Shown: positions 52,901 through 62,357 of the stretch, in pieces
Layout: every line of letters begins with the position of its first letter
Numbering within the stretch: the stretch's first letter is position 1
Source of the DNA: Eledone cirrhosa
Lineage: Eukaryota
NCBI GenBank assembly: GCA_964016885.1
Contig: OZ024742.1
Span: 348,316,001 to 348,380,000 of the forward strand
Length of the DNA stretch: 64,000 bases
Direction: 5' to 3'
Position numbers and translations under genes: made by a program
The notes under the pieces: model-generated
The model's database searches: none
Seen by the model: only the letters and a program-made list of their open reading frames with translations
What the model was told of the DNA's origin: nothing

Positions 52901-53205
52901 CTCCCTGCTACCACTTCAGGTGGGTCATTAACCCAATACCTGCTACCACTTCAGGGGGGTCATTAACCCACTCCCTGCTACCACTTCAGGTGTGTCATTA
53001 ACCCACTCCCTGCTACCACTTCAGGGGGGTCATTAACCCACTCCCTGCTACCACTTCAGGTGTGTCATTATCCCACTCCCTGCTACGACTTCAGGTGGGT
53101 CATTAACCCAATACCTGCTACCACTTCAGGGGGGTCATTAACCCACTCCCTGCTACCACTTCAGGTGTGTCATTAACCCACTCCCTGCTACCACTTCAGG
53201 TGGAT
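49911..53205. repeat. 35-bp minisatellite, about 94 copies: CATTAACCCACTCCCTGCTACCACTTCAGG(TGTGT/TGGGT/GGGGT)
   Basis: Period counted at 50161/50196/50231. Confidence 0.98.
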
Positions 53206-53240
53206 CAGATCATTAACCCTTTTAATAACTGCTACCACTT

Positions 53241-53558
53241 GTGAAGGTGCATGGATTAATGGTTAGACCATTGGGCTTGCAATCATGAGGTTGTGAGTTT
53301 GATTCTTGGACCGGGTGATGTGTTGTTTCCTTGAGCAAGACACTTTATTTTACGCTGCTCCAGTTTACTCAGCTGTAGAAATGAGTTGTAATGTCACTGG
53401 TGCCAAGCTGTATCGGTCAGTGCTTTTCCCTTGGACAACATCGGTGGCGTGGAGAGGGGAGACTGGTATGCATGGGTGACTGCTGGTCTTCCACAAACAG
53501 ACCTTGCCCAGTCTTGTGCCTCGGAGGGGAACTTTCTGGGTACAAATCCCATGGTCAT
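53241..53558 (+). mobile_element. tRNA-derived CORE-like SINE
   Basis: tRNA-like head (TGGATTAATGGTTAG..GAGTTTGATTC) then CCTTGAGCAAGACACTTTA..CCAGTTTACTCAGCTGTAGAAATGAG, resembling the CORE domain. Confidence 0.75.
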
Positions 53559-53705
53559 TCAGGTGTGTCATCAACCCTTTTAATATCAAGCTGCAGGAAA
53601 CCACCCATGGTTCTACAATACAAAAACAGTTTCTTTTAAAATGTTTATCATCATAATAATAATAGTAATGAAAATTATTGTGTACAGTGCTCAGGTGCAC
53701 TACAA

Positions 53706-53870
53706 TCATCATCATCATCATTTAACATCTTCCATGTTTGCTTGGGTTTAGATGATTTGTCACTTTGTGATGCTAGGCAGATCAGATGATTGAATCTCAC
53801 TGATATGTATCATTCTGACTTGGTTTCTATGTTATTCCTAACACCAACCACTTCGCAGCATGTACCCGTT
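53706..53870 (-). mobile_element. Degenerate (GAT)n-tailed SINE-like copy
   Basis: (CAT)n + TTTAACATCTTCCATG..; TTGGTTTCTATG..TTCCTAACACCAACCAC. Confidence 0.6.
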
Positions 53871-54140
53871 GTGCTTTAATGATAATAATGAAAATTATTG
53901 TGTACAGTGCTCAGGTGCATTACAACCTATCAAAGGTGTATGTATGGTACATAGAATAATGTACAAATGTCAGGAAAGTGAACAGTGTATGAGTCATGAT
54001 ATACATACAGACACACTGCCACTACCACCTAACATATTGGACTGGGTGTTTATTATTGTGGAACAAACACTACCACTTTATACACTCAGCAGAGTGTATT
54101 TTATCTAAAAACTTTCCATTATAATTTTATGTAAGAACTT

Positions 54141-54911
54141 TTAACACTTTTGATACCAAACTGCCTGAAACACCCCAACCCCACCTGGTTCTGTGATCCA
54201 TAACTGCTTGTTTAAAAGTGTTTGGATTTATCTAATAAAAAACTTTCCAACATAATTTTACATAAGAACCTTTATTAAGTTATGTTCCCAAAACTAACTC
54301 AATAATGAGAAAGTTAGTTCTTTCTTCTTCTTTACCCACTTATTTCTGGGAGGTCCGTTGGGGCAGAGTCCTTGAACACACCTTCCTGTCAGTAACAACT
54401 GACTCCAATTGATCCAGCTGGATTCCTAAGTGAGACTATCCAACCATCTTGTTCTGGGTTTATCCCTGGGTCTCCTGCCATTTGGTTTTGCCCATAAAAT
54501 CTATCCAGCGATTCTTTCCCCGAGACATTCTGACTACATGTCTGTAATATCGGAGCTGTGGTCTCTCAATTTGGAAAAGTAGCAGCTCTACCTGATCCTG
54601 AAGCTACATACTCAATTGAGTAACATTACTCTGAAGACCGTTTAGAGGAATCCCATTTTGGCCGCTTGTGCTCGTACTCAAGATTCATGACCATACCAAA
54701 TTGTAAATAGTGGGTTTGGCTTTTACAGCTACCTCCCTTCTTCTGATGATCAAATACTGAAAAGCCGGTGCAGTAATGCACCAGCTTCTGTAATTCTTGC
54801 ACTTAATTCAGCCTCTTGATTTCCATCACTTGTAAAAATGGCCCCAAGATACTTGAACTTCTCCACCTGCTTCAGTGTCTTTCATTAGAAATACAGTAAT
54901 AAAAGGGTTAA
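54141..54911. mobile_element. Old TTAA-type (piggyBac-like) MITE interrupted by an RTE insertion
   Basis: Left end TTAACACTTTTGATACC and right end GTAATAAAAGGGTTAA form imperfect inverted termini. Confidence 0.55.
54318..54880 (-). mobile_element. RTE-clade LINE 3' fragment (RT C-terminal region, degraded)
   Basis: Minus strand gives TLKQVEKFKYLGAIFTSDGNQEAELSARITEAG, LLLFQIERPQLRYYRHVVRM and GRRPRDKPRTRWLD; (GAA)n-like tail at about 54320. Confidence 0.85.
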
Positions 54912-54955
54912 AAAGGAATCGAAAAATACTTCCAGTAATATATTTATGGGGTCAC

Positions 54956-55180
54956 TTAACCCTTTAGCATTTAAACCGGCCATATCCAGCCAGAATTATC
55001 TCACTTCTTTCTGTTCAAACCGGCCGTAACTGGCCACTCATACCTATATTAAGGTATTGTTCTCAAAATAAATAACATCAAATTCTCATAGATTCGATAT
55101 TATGTGAGATAATTAAGATAAACTGTTTACCATGAAAATACAATAGTAAATATAGAATAATGTAAATGCTAAAGGGTTAA
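54956..55180. mobile_element. piggyBac-like MITE (217 bp plus TTAA TSDs)
   Basis: Perfect 14-bp TIR CCCTTTAGCATTTA (54960) / TAAATGCTAAAGGG (ends 55176), TTAA on both sides. Confidence 0.9.
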
Positions 55181-55442
55181 TCCCACGAAAACAGTTTTAT
55201 TTTTTAAGAAAGAGGGCTTTCAGGCTATATAAGGATTTGGTGATAACCTACAAATTTCAAAATATTTGAAAATCATGAGCATTATGTTTCATTAGAAATA
55301 TGGTAACAAAAGATTTAAGCTCTGATCACGTCACAGCTACCTCAATACTCGTGTTAGAGTGCTGGGTATTTCAGAGAAGTCTTATTGATAAAGTATGAAA
55401 TTCATTTCAGATTGAATTTAAACATTTATTTCTCATTTTCAG

Positions 55443-55517
55443 CTGATTTTGGTTTATCGAAAATCATGACAACTGCCACGTTGAGCATGTCAATATGTGG
55501 GACTCCAAGCTATTGTG
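55443..55517 (+). CDS. Exon C (75 nt) of the CaMKIV-like kinase: (A)[24 protein letters not shown] + G
   Basis: Acceptor TTTCTCATTTTCAG, donor GTTCGT; the phase-1 join with exon B gives LKIADFG; activation loop CGTPxYC. Confidence 0.93.
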
Positions 55518-55539
55518 GTTCGTAGACAGTTTTATAATT

Positions 55540-55557
55540 CATCATCATCATCTTCAT

Positions 55558-55594
<37 letters not shown>

Positions 55595-55713
55595 CCATCA
55601 TCTTTATATTATCATCATCATCTTTGTATCATCACCATAATCATCATCATCATCATCATTATCATTATCATCATCACCACCATCATCATCATTATCATTA
55701 TCATCACTACCAC

Positions 55714-55749
<36 letters not shown>

Positions 55750-55762
55750 TATCATCATCATC
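55540..55762. repeat. (CAT)n microsatellite
   Basis: Seen directly. Confidence 0.95.
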
Positions 55763-55997
55763 ACTGTTTTTAATATCTATTAGTGGCTCACCTTACCAAG
55801 ATGTCAGGTGTTGTCTGTAAGGGTGCCTGGTTGTTTCAGCGCCTGAGTGTCGCCATCACCCAGAGTGTTGTGTTGACCCTTGTGATGTGTGACCTATTGT
55901 CACACATGCTGGTGAATTGATGGTTGTTCTTGTTTCCCCCCATTTTGTTCTTGTTTTGATCATATATAGATATTTTTTTTTTGCATTATATTTATAA

Positions 55998-56184
55998 GGG
56001 CAGTGGATTGGCAGTATCGGGAGAGGGTCGGACGCCATGCTTTGATGCACAGAGTTACGGCCCTTGCCATTCTGTGTTCAAATCCTGCCGAGGTTAACTT
56101 TGCCTTTCATCCTTACGGGGTCGATAAAATAAAGTACCAGTAATGCACTGGGTAATTGCTGGCCTTGTGCCAAAAGTAGAAACA
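55998..56184 (+). mobile_element. tRNA-derived SINE with a 13-bp TSD
   Basis: Same family as the 46331 trio; TSD ATTATATTTATAA at 55985-55997 and 56185-56197. Confidence 0.9.
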
Positions 56185-56226
56185 ATTATATTTATAAAGT
56201 TCCTAACAATAATTGTATTTATTATC

Positions 56227-56480
56227 TGTGTTTATATTTCTGTTTATAGATGTGTTTATATTTCTGTTTATAGATGTGTTTATATTTCTGTTTATAGATG
56301 TGTTTATATTTCTGTTTATAGATGTGTTTATATTTCTGTTTATAGATGTGTTTATATTTCTGTTTATAGATGTGTTTATATTTCTGTTTATAGATGTGTT
56401 TATATTTCTGTTTATAGATGTGTTTATATTTCTGTTTATAGATGTGTTTATATTTCTGTTTATAGATGTGTTTATATTTT
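56227..56480. repeat. 24-bp minisatellite TGTGTTTATATTTCTGTTTATAGA x10.5
   Basis: Ten identical units at 56227-56466 plus a partial unit. Confidence 0.97.
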
Positions 56481-56674
56481 CATTCTTTAAGAAGTTTAAA
56501 CAATTTCTAATGTTATTTATACAACCGTGAATAATAAAAATTTACATTTTTTTCTATCCATAAAAAATCAAAAAAAATCTATTTTCCCTACTTGCATGGG
56601 TTAGACAGGTTGTCACATAATGAGGCTAGATTGGTCAGGTGACCATGTCATGCTTGTATGCTCCATTTTGGGCT

Positions 56675-58443
56675 TGGTTTTTATGGCTGGATGTCTTTCC
56701 TAATGCTAACCACTTCACAGTGTGTACTGGGAGCATGATTTCTATGGCTGGATGCCCTTCCTAACACCAACCACATTACAGTGTGTACTGGGAGCATGAT
56801 TTCTATGGCTGAATGCCCTTCCTAACACCAACCACATTACAGTGTGTACTGGGAGCATGATTTCTATGGCTGAATGCCCTTCCTAACACCAACCACATTA
56901 CAGTGTGTACTGGGAGCATGATTTCTATGGCTGGATGTCCTTCCTAACACCAACCACATTACAGTGTGTACTGAGAGCATGGTTTCTATGGCTGGATGCC
57001 CTTCCTAACACCAACCACATTACAGTGTGTACTGAGAGCATGGTTTCTATGGCTGGATGCCCTTCCTAACACCAACCACATTACAGTGTGTACTGAGAGC
57101 ATGGTTTCTATGGCTGGATGCCCTTCCTAACACCAACCACATTACAGTGTGTACTGAGAGCATGGTTTCTATGGCTGGATGCCCTTCCTAACACCAACCA
57201 CATTACAGTGTGTACTGAGAGCATGGTTTCTATGGCTGGATGCCCTTCCTAACACCAACCACATTACAGTGTGTACTGAGAGCATGGTTTCTATGGCTGG
57301 ATGCCCTTCCTAACATCAACCACATTACAGTGTGTACTGAGAGCATGGTTTCTATGGCTGGATGCCCTTCCTAACACCAACCACATTACAGTGTGTACTG
57401 AGAGCATGGTTTCTATGGCTGGATGCCCTTCCTAACTCCAACCACATTACAGTGTGTACTGAGAGCATGGTTTCTATGGCTGGATGCCCTTCCTAACACC
57501 AACCACATTACAGTGTGTACTGGGAGCATGGTTTCTATGGCTGGATGCCCTTCCTAACACCAACCACATTACAGTGTGTACTGGGAGCTTGGTTTCTATG
57601 GCTGGATGCCCTTCCTAACACCAACCACATTACAGTGTGTACTGAGAGCATGGTTTCTATGGCTGGATGCCCTTCCTAACATCAACCACATTACAGTGTG
57701 TACTGAGAGCATGGTTTCTATGGCTGGATGCCCTTCCTAACACCAACCACATTACAGTGTGTACTGAGAGCATGGTTTCTATGGCTGGATGTCCTTCCTA
57801 ACATCAACCACATTACAGTGTGTACTGAGAGCATGGTTTCTATGGCTGGATGCCCTTCCTAACACCAACCACATTACAGTGTGTACTGAGAGCATGGTTT
57901 CTATGGCTGGATGTCCTTCCTAACATCAACCACATTACAGTGTGTACTGAGAGCATGGTTTCTATGGCTGGATGCCCTTCCTAACATCAACCACATTACA
58001 GTGTGTACTGAGAGCATGGTTTCTATGGTTGGATGCCCTTCCTAACACCAACCACATTACAGTGTGTACTGAGAGCATGGTTTCTATGGCTGGATGTCCT
58101 TCCTAACACCAACCACATTACAGTGTGTACTGAGAGCATGGTTTCTATGGCTGGATGTCCTTCCTAACACCAACCACATTACAGTGTGTACTGAGAGCAT
58201 GGTTTCTATGGCTGGATGTCCTTCCTAACACCAACCACATTACAGTGTGTACTGAGAGCATGGTTTCTATGGCTGGATGCCCTTCCTAACACCAACCACT
58301 TCACGGTGTGTACTGAGAGCATGGTTTCTATGGCTGGATGCCCTTCCTAACACCAACTACATTACAGTGTGTACTGGGAGCTTGGTTTCTATGGCTGGAT
58401 GTCCTTCCTAACACCAACCACATTACAGTGTGTACTGGGAGCA
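56675..58443. repeat. 61-bp minisatellite x29 inside a SINE-like host (host about 56590-58500)
   Basis: ATGGCTGG at 56683 and at 58391, 28 periods of 61 apart; the flanks match the single-unit element at 49575-49870. Confidence 0.95.
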
Positions 58444-58934
58444 TTTTGTCGTGACTACAGCACAGCTACCACTTTACAGAGTGGACTGGGTGTTTTTTGT
58501 CATGGACCATTACAATCTCAATACAACGCTTGGGTGCTCAGTGGGTCCTTGGTCAGGCTGCGAAGGCATTGATGGGAGTAAGTAGGGGGGTGGTGGTTAA
58601 ATATCAGATATGAAGGCTATATGTTATTCATATTAATGCTGGCATCATCATCCTCATCATTGTCATCATCATTGTGTGGCCTCATGGATGTTGAACTTAT
58701 GATCATAAAGTTGTAGGTTCAATTCCTGGACATTTTATTTCACATTACTTTTCATGATAGGATTGTGGCCCCTGTCATTAAAGCACCCAAGAAACCTTGT
58801 ATGATATACAACCTTGTAGGGGGCCAGCTAAGCCGACATAGGTGGGAGCTGTAGATTTCAAACTTTTTTCATCATCATCATTGTTGTCATCATCATCATC
58901 ATCATCATTGTCATCCTCTTTGTTATCACCACCC

Positions 58935-59080
58935 TTGACCCTGGTACTTGACTGCTACTATATTTTATTGACCTAGCAAGGATGAAAGTTAAACTTGACC
59001 GTATCGTGATTTGAACTCGGGCCACAAAGATCCTGACCCAATATTTCAGTGTATCTGTTCTGTGGTTCTCTGTCAACTTA
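58935..59080 (-). mobile_element. Degenerate tRNA-derived SINE, same body as the 46331 family
   Basis: Reverse complement contains GAGTTCAAATCAC..AACTTTCATCCTTGCTAGGTCAATAAAAT. Confidence 0.65.
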
Positions 59081-59159
59081 GTTAAAATATCTACATTACA
59101 TGGAGGTGGAATGGACCAACGTCAGCCCTGGTGAGGACTGATCCATTTCTTTGATTAAC

Positions 59160-59640
59160 AGAACAGCCTGCTCATGGAATGAATGTGTTAAGAGTATTCT
59201 ACAGATACATGTACCTTTAACATCTCTTAAGATAATTATCAGGGAGATTCAGCATGACACAGTGTGATGTGTGACAAGGTTGGCCCTTTGAATGACAAAT
59301 ACAGTCTAACAGGCTTCAAAATAGTTTCTGTCTACCCAATTTCACTGACAAGACATGGGTTTACTCGGGATAGTTGCCCCAGATGTCAGACAAGACATGG
59401 GTTGACTCAGGACAGTTGCCCCAGATATCAGACAAGACATGGGTTGATTCAGGACAGTTGCCCCAGATGTCAGACAAGACATGGGTTGATTCAGGACAGT
59501 TACTCCAGATGTCAGACAAGACATGGGTTGACTCAGGACAGTTACCCCAGATGTCAGACAAGACATGGGTTGACCTATGGCTGTGGTAAATGACACTTGC
59601 CAAATATGCCACACAATGGAATAGAACTGTGGAACCAATT
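59160..59640 (-). mobile_element. SINE hosting an internal 42-bp tandem expansion
   Basis: Aligns with 60125-60421 apart from the array. Confidence 0.7.
59347..59575. repeat. 42-bp minisatellite x5.5: GACAAGACATGGGTTGACTCAGGACAGTTGCCCCAGATGTCA
   Basis: Unit starts at 59347, 59389, 59431, 59473, 59515, 59557. Confidence 0.95.
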
Positions 59641-60124
59641 ATTACATAGTACCCACTACAGTCCACTACATTACATAATAACCACAGCTGTTACATTGAA
59701 TTCTAGCAGTAAAGCTATCCATACCATTAATGTAACAGTTGTACAGTTGATATTATTACACTCTGTGTAACAGCTTGTAAATAGTTTTAAAATATTGAAT
59801 TCCTTGTTAAAGAAAGATCATATTGATTTTAATTAGTAGATATATTCTTAAACATGATATATTCTTACACATTTTTTTCTATTCTACTTGCTTCAGTCAT
59901 AGACTGTGGCCATGCTGGGGTACTGCTATAATTTAGTCAGTCATATAAACTAGAATCTGGAATTTAGCTTAACACAAGCAAAGGCATAAACATAGACATA
60001 AATACACACCCATACACACACACATATATGATAGTCTTCTCAAGATTCTGTCTACTAAATATCAGTAACAAGGCATCAATCAAGTCTCTTTTCAATATGA
60101 TGAAGGTCCCAGTTGTTTGGTCAA

Positions 60125-60421
60125 TGAAACTGCCTGCTCATAAAATTAATATACAAGTGGTCTACTATTCAGACACATGTACTCTTAATTTAATTCTCAG
60201 GGAGATTCACCATGACACAGTGTGTGACAAGACTGGCCCTTTGAATTACAGATACAGTCCATCTGACAGGCTTCCACACAGTTTCTGTCTACCCAGTGTC
60301 ATTGACAATACGTTGGTTGATATGAGGCTATGGTAAAAGATATTTACTCAAGATGCCATGCCTTGGGATTGAACCCCAAACCTCATGATTGTGAAATGAA
60401 CTTCTAAACTATTCAGCTATG
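60125..60421 (-). mobile_element. tRNA-derived SINE
   Basis: GGGATTGAACC (B-box complement) near 60365; CAGGGAGATTCA..ATGACACAG..GACAAG body shared with 59160 and 60755. Confidence 0.7.
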
Positions 60422-60754
60422 TTGTGCTTATATTGAGTGGAGTTATATAAACATACAGAAAAAGAGAGCAGTATTGGAAAGGACTATAAATGCTATAAAT
60501 GAGAGGAAAAGGAGGGGAAGAGCAAGGATTACTAGACATAGGAAGAAAGGGGGAAGGGTGACCTACACCTAGGTCAGCGTGGTGTTTTGGCTGAACCCTG
60601 CAGACAAAGGAAGAAAGGGGAGAGGGTGACCTAGACTTACGTCAGAGTGGTGTTTCAGCTGAATCCTGCAGACAAAATGGCAAAGATTTAATATTGAGCA
60701 TTGTTGTTGGGTTTCTGTTGGTTCTGGTGATGAATATTTGAGTTGTATGATCAT

Positions 60755-61003
60755 CAGAACAGCCTGCTTGTGGAATTAACATGCAAGTGTCTGAGCATTC
60801 CACAGACCCATTTATTTAAAAACGTACTACTCAGGGAGATTCAGCATGACACTATTTCATGCAACTCATTTATTTTTCCTTCACTAGTGAACTGTAGCAA
60901 CATAAAATGAAGTAACTTGATCGAGGAAACAATTTGACTCTTGGAATTGAACTTATGACCAACGATTGTGAGCCAAACACTCTAACCACTTAGCCACAGG
61001 CCT
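60755..61003 (-). mobile_element. Degenerate CORE-like tRNA SINE
   Basis: AGAACAGCCTGCTTGTGGAATTAAC..CAGGGAGATTCAGCATGACAC..GGAATTGAAC..CTAACCACTTAGCCAC. Confidence 0.65.
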
Positions 61004-61086
61004 TCGCTATATACAAACATACATACACATACACACACATACATACACATACATACTCATACATACACACATACATGCAAACATAC

Positions 61087-61143
<57 letters not shown>

Positions 61144-61144
<1 letters not shown>

Positions 61145-61275
61145 CATCATCATCATCATCATCATCACCGTTTTACGTCCGTTCTTCCACGCTAGCATGG
61201 GTTAGACGGGTTGTCCTGTTGTGGGCAGTGTCTGGTCGGCTGACCATGCCTTGCTCATACAGGAACTGATCTGGC
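61144..61275 (-). mobile_element. 3' end of the (GAT)n-tailed SINE-like element
   Basis: Matches 47652-47768. Confidence 0.75.
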
Positions 61276-61276
61276 T

Positions 61277-61328
<52 letters not shown>

Positions 61329-61371
61329 GACATACATACACACACATACATACACATACATACATACATAC

Positions 61372-61672
61372 ATGGTGGCTGCCAACTCGTTTATGAGTAT
61401 GGCCACTACTTTATATCCATGTAGGAGAACCCCTACCGATGCGCTGAACGAGTGTGACTTTTTAGTCCAGCCAGCGACTTGAAAACTCTGGTACAAACAC
61501 TACACCTGTGACAATTATTGACACAGTGCTGGACGATTTTGGATAGCCATTGGCTCTTAAGAGCTCCTTTGACAGGTTTTGTTTTTAGTCCTGCAGGATG
61601 TCCAAAGTCACCCTCCTCACCAAGAAACCTTGGTGGGTTGCCAGTTTAGTCGCCAACGACCCGACCATGAGA
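61372..61672 (-). mobile_element. RTE-like non-autonomous element; its 3' end encodes a C2H2 finger, followed by a (TATG)n tail
   Basis: Minus strand gives CSVCTRVFKSLAGLKSHTRSAHR*, then a short UTR and (TATG)n. Confidence 0.65.
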
Positions 61673-61704
61673 CATATATATATACATACATATATACATA
61701 TATA

Positions 61705-61868
61705 CATGGTGGCTGCCAACTCGTTTTCGAGTACGGCCACTACTTTATATCCATGTAGGAGAACCCCTACCGATGCGCTGAACGAGTGTGACTTTTTAGT
61801 CCAGCCAGCGACTTGAAAACTCTGGTACAAACACTACACTTGTGACAATTATTGACACATAGTGCTGG
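61705..61868 (-). mobile_element. Second, truncated copy of the same RTE-like 3' end
   Basis: Near-identical to 61372-61533. Confidence 0.75.
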
Positions 61869-61956
61869 GCCCATGGTACCATGTGATGACAAGTGCAGAG
61901 AAATCTCCAGATATAAAGCAATGCCTGTGCCGTGAAGCTTTTATAGTGAGCAAAGG

Positions 61957-62112
61957 CACTGCACAAAGCCAGTCCCACTCTCTTAACCAAGATGATATTT
62001 ACCAAAAAGAACAAGTCAACATCATTGGATACCATCAGGGTTGCAGGTGTTATATCAGAGTTTTCCTTCTCCTAGAATTCTGCCTTGACAAAGGCTAAGG
62101 GGTCATCTCTCC
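61957..62112. mobile_element. Dispersed repeat, possibly an RTE 5'-UTR derivative, copy 3
   Basis: Aligns with 47427 and 48125; AGAGTTTTCCTTCTCCTAGA motif. Confidence 0.6.
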
Positions 62113-62357
62113 CTACATACATACATACATACATATATACACATACATATGTACATACACACACATACATACACACACACATACATGTATACATACACAC
62201 ACACATACATTTATACACATATATACATAAATACTTATGTACATACACACATACAAACATATATATATACACATACATACATACACCCACATACATACAC
62301 ACACATATAACATGCATACATACACACATACACACATACATACATAAATACGTACAT

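Noticed and set aside
49848-53001. ORFs within the 35-bp array
   Set aside because: Frame-cycling translations of a non-3n repeat, open only where TAA is mutated.
49911-53205. Telomeric repeat (TAACCC within the monomer)
   Set aside because: Only one TAACCC per 35 bp and no (TTAGGG)n run.
1-58443. CRISPR-like arrays (51-, 35-, 61-bp repeats)
   Set aside because: Head-to-tail units with no unique spacers, no cas genes, eukaryotic context.
56143-59666. ORFs over the 24-bp and 42-bp arrays
   Set aside because: 3n-period repeats open in several frames (both strands for the 42-bp array); the 42-bp array is SINE-derived.
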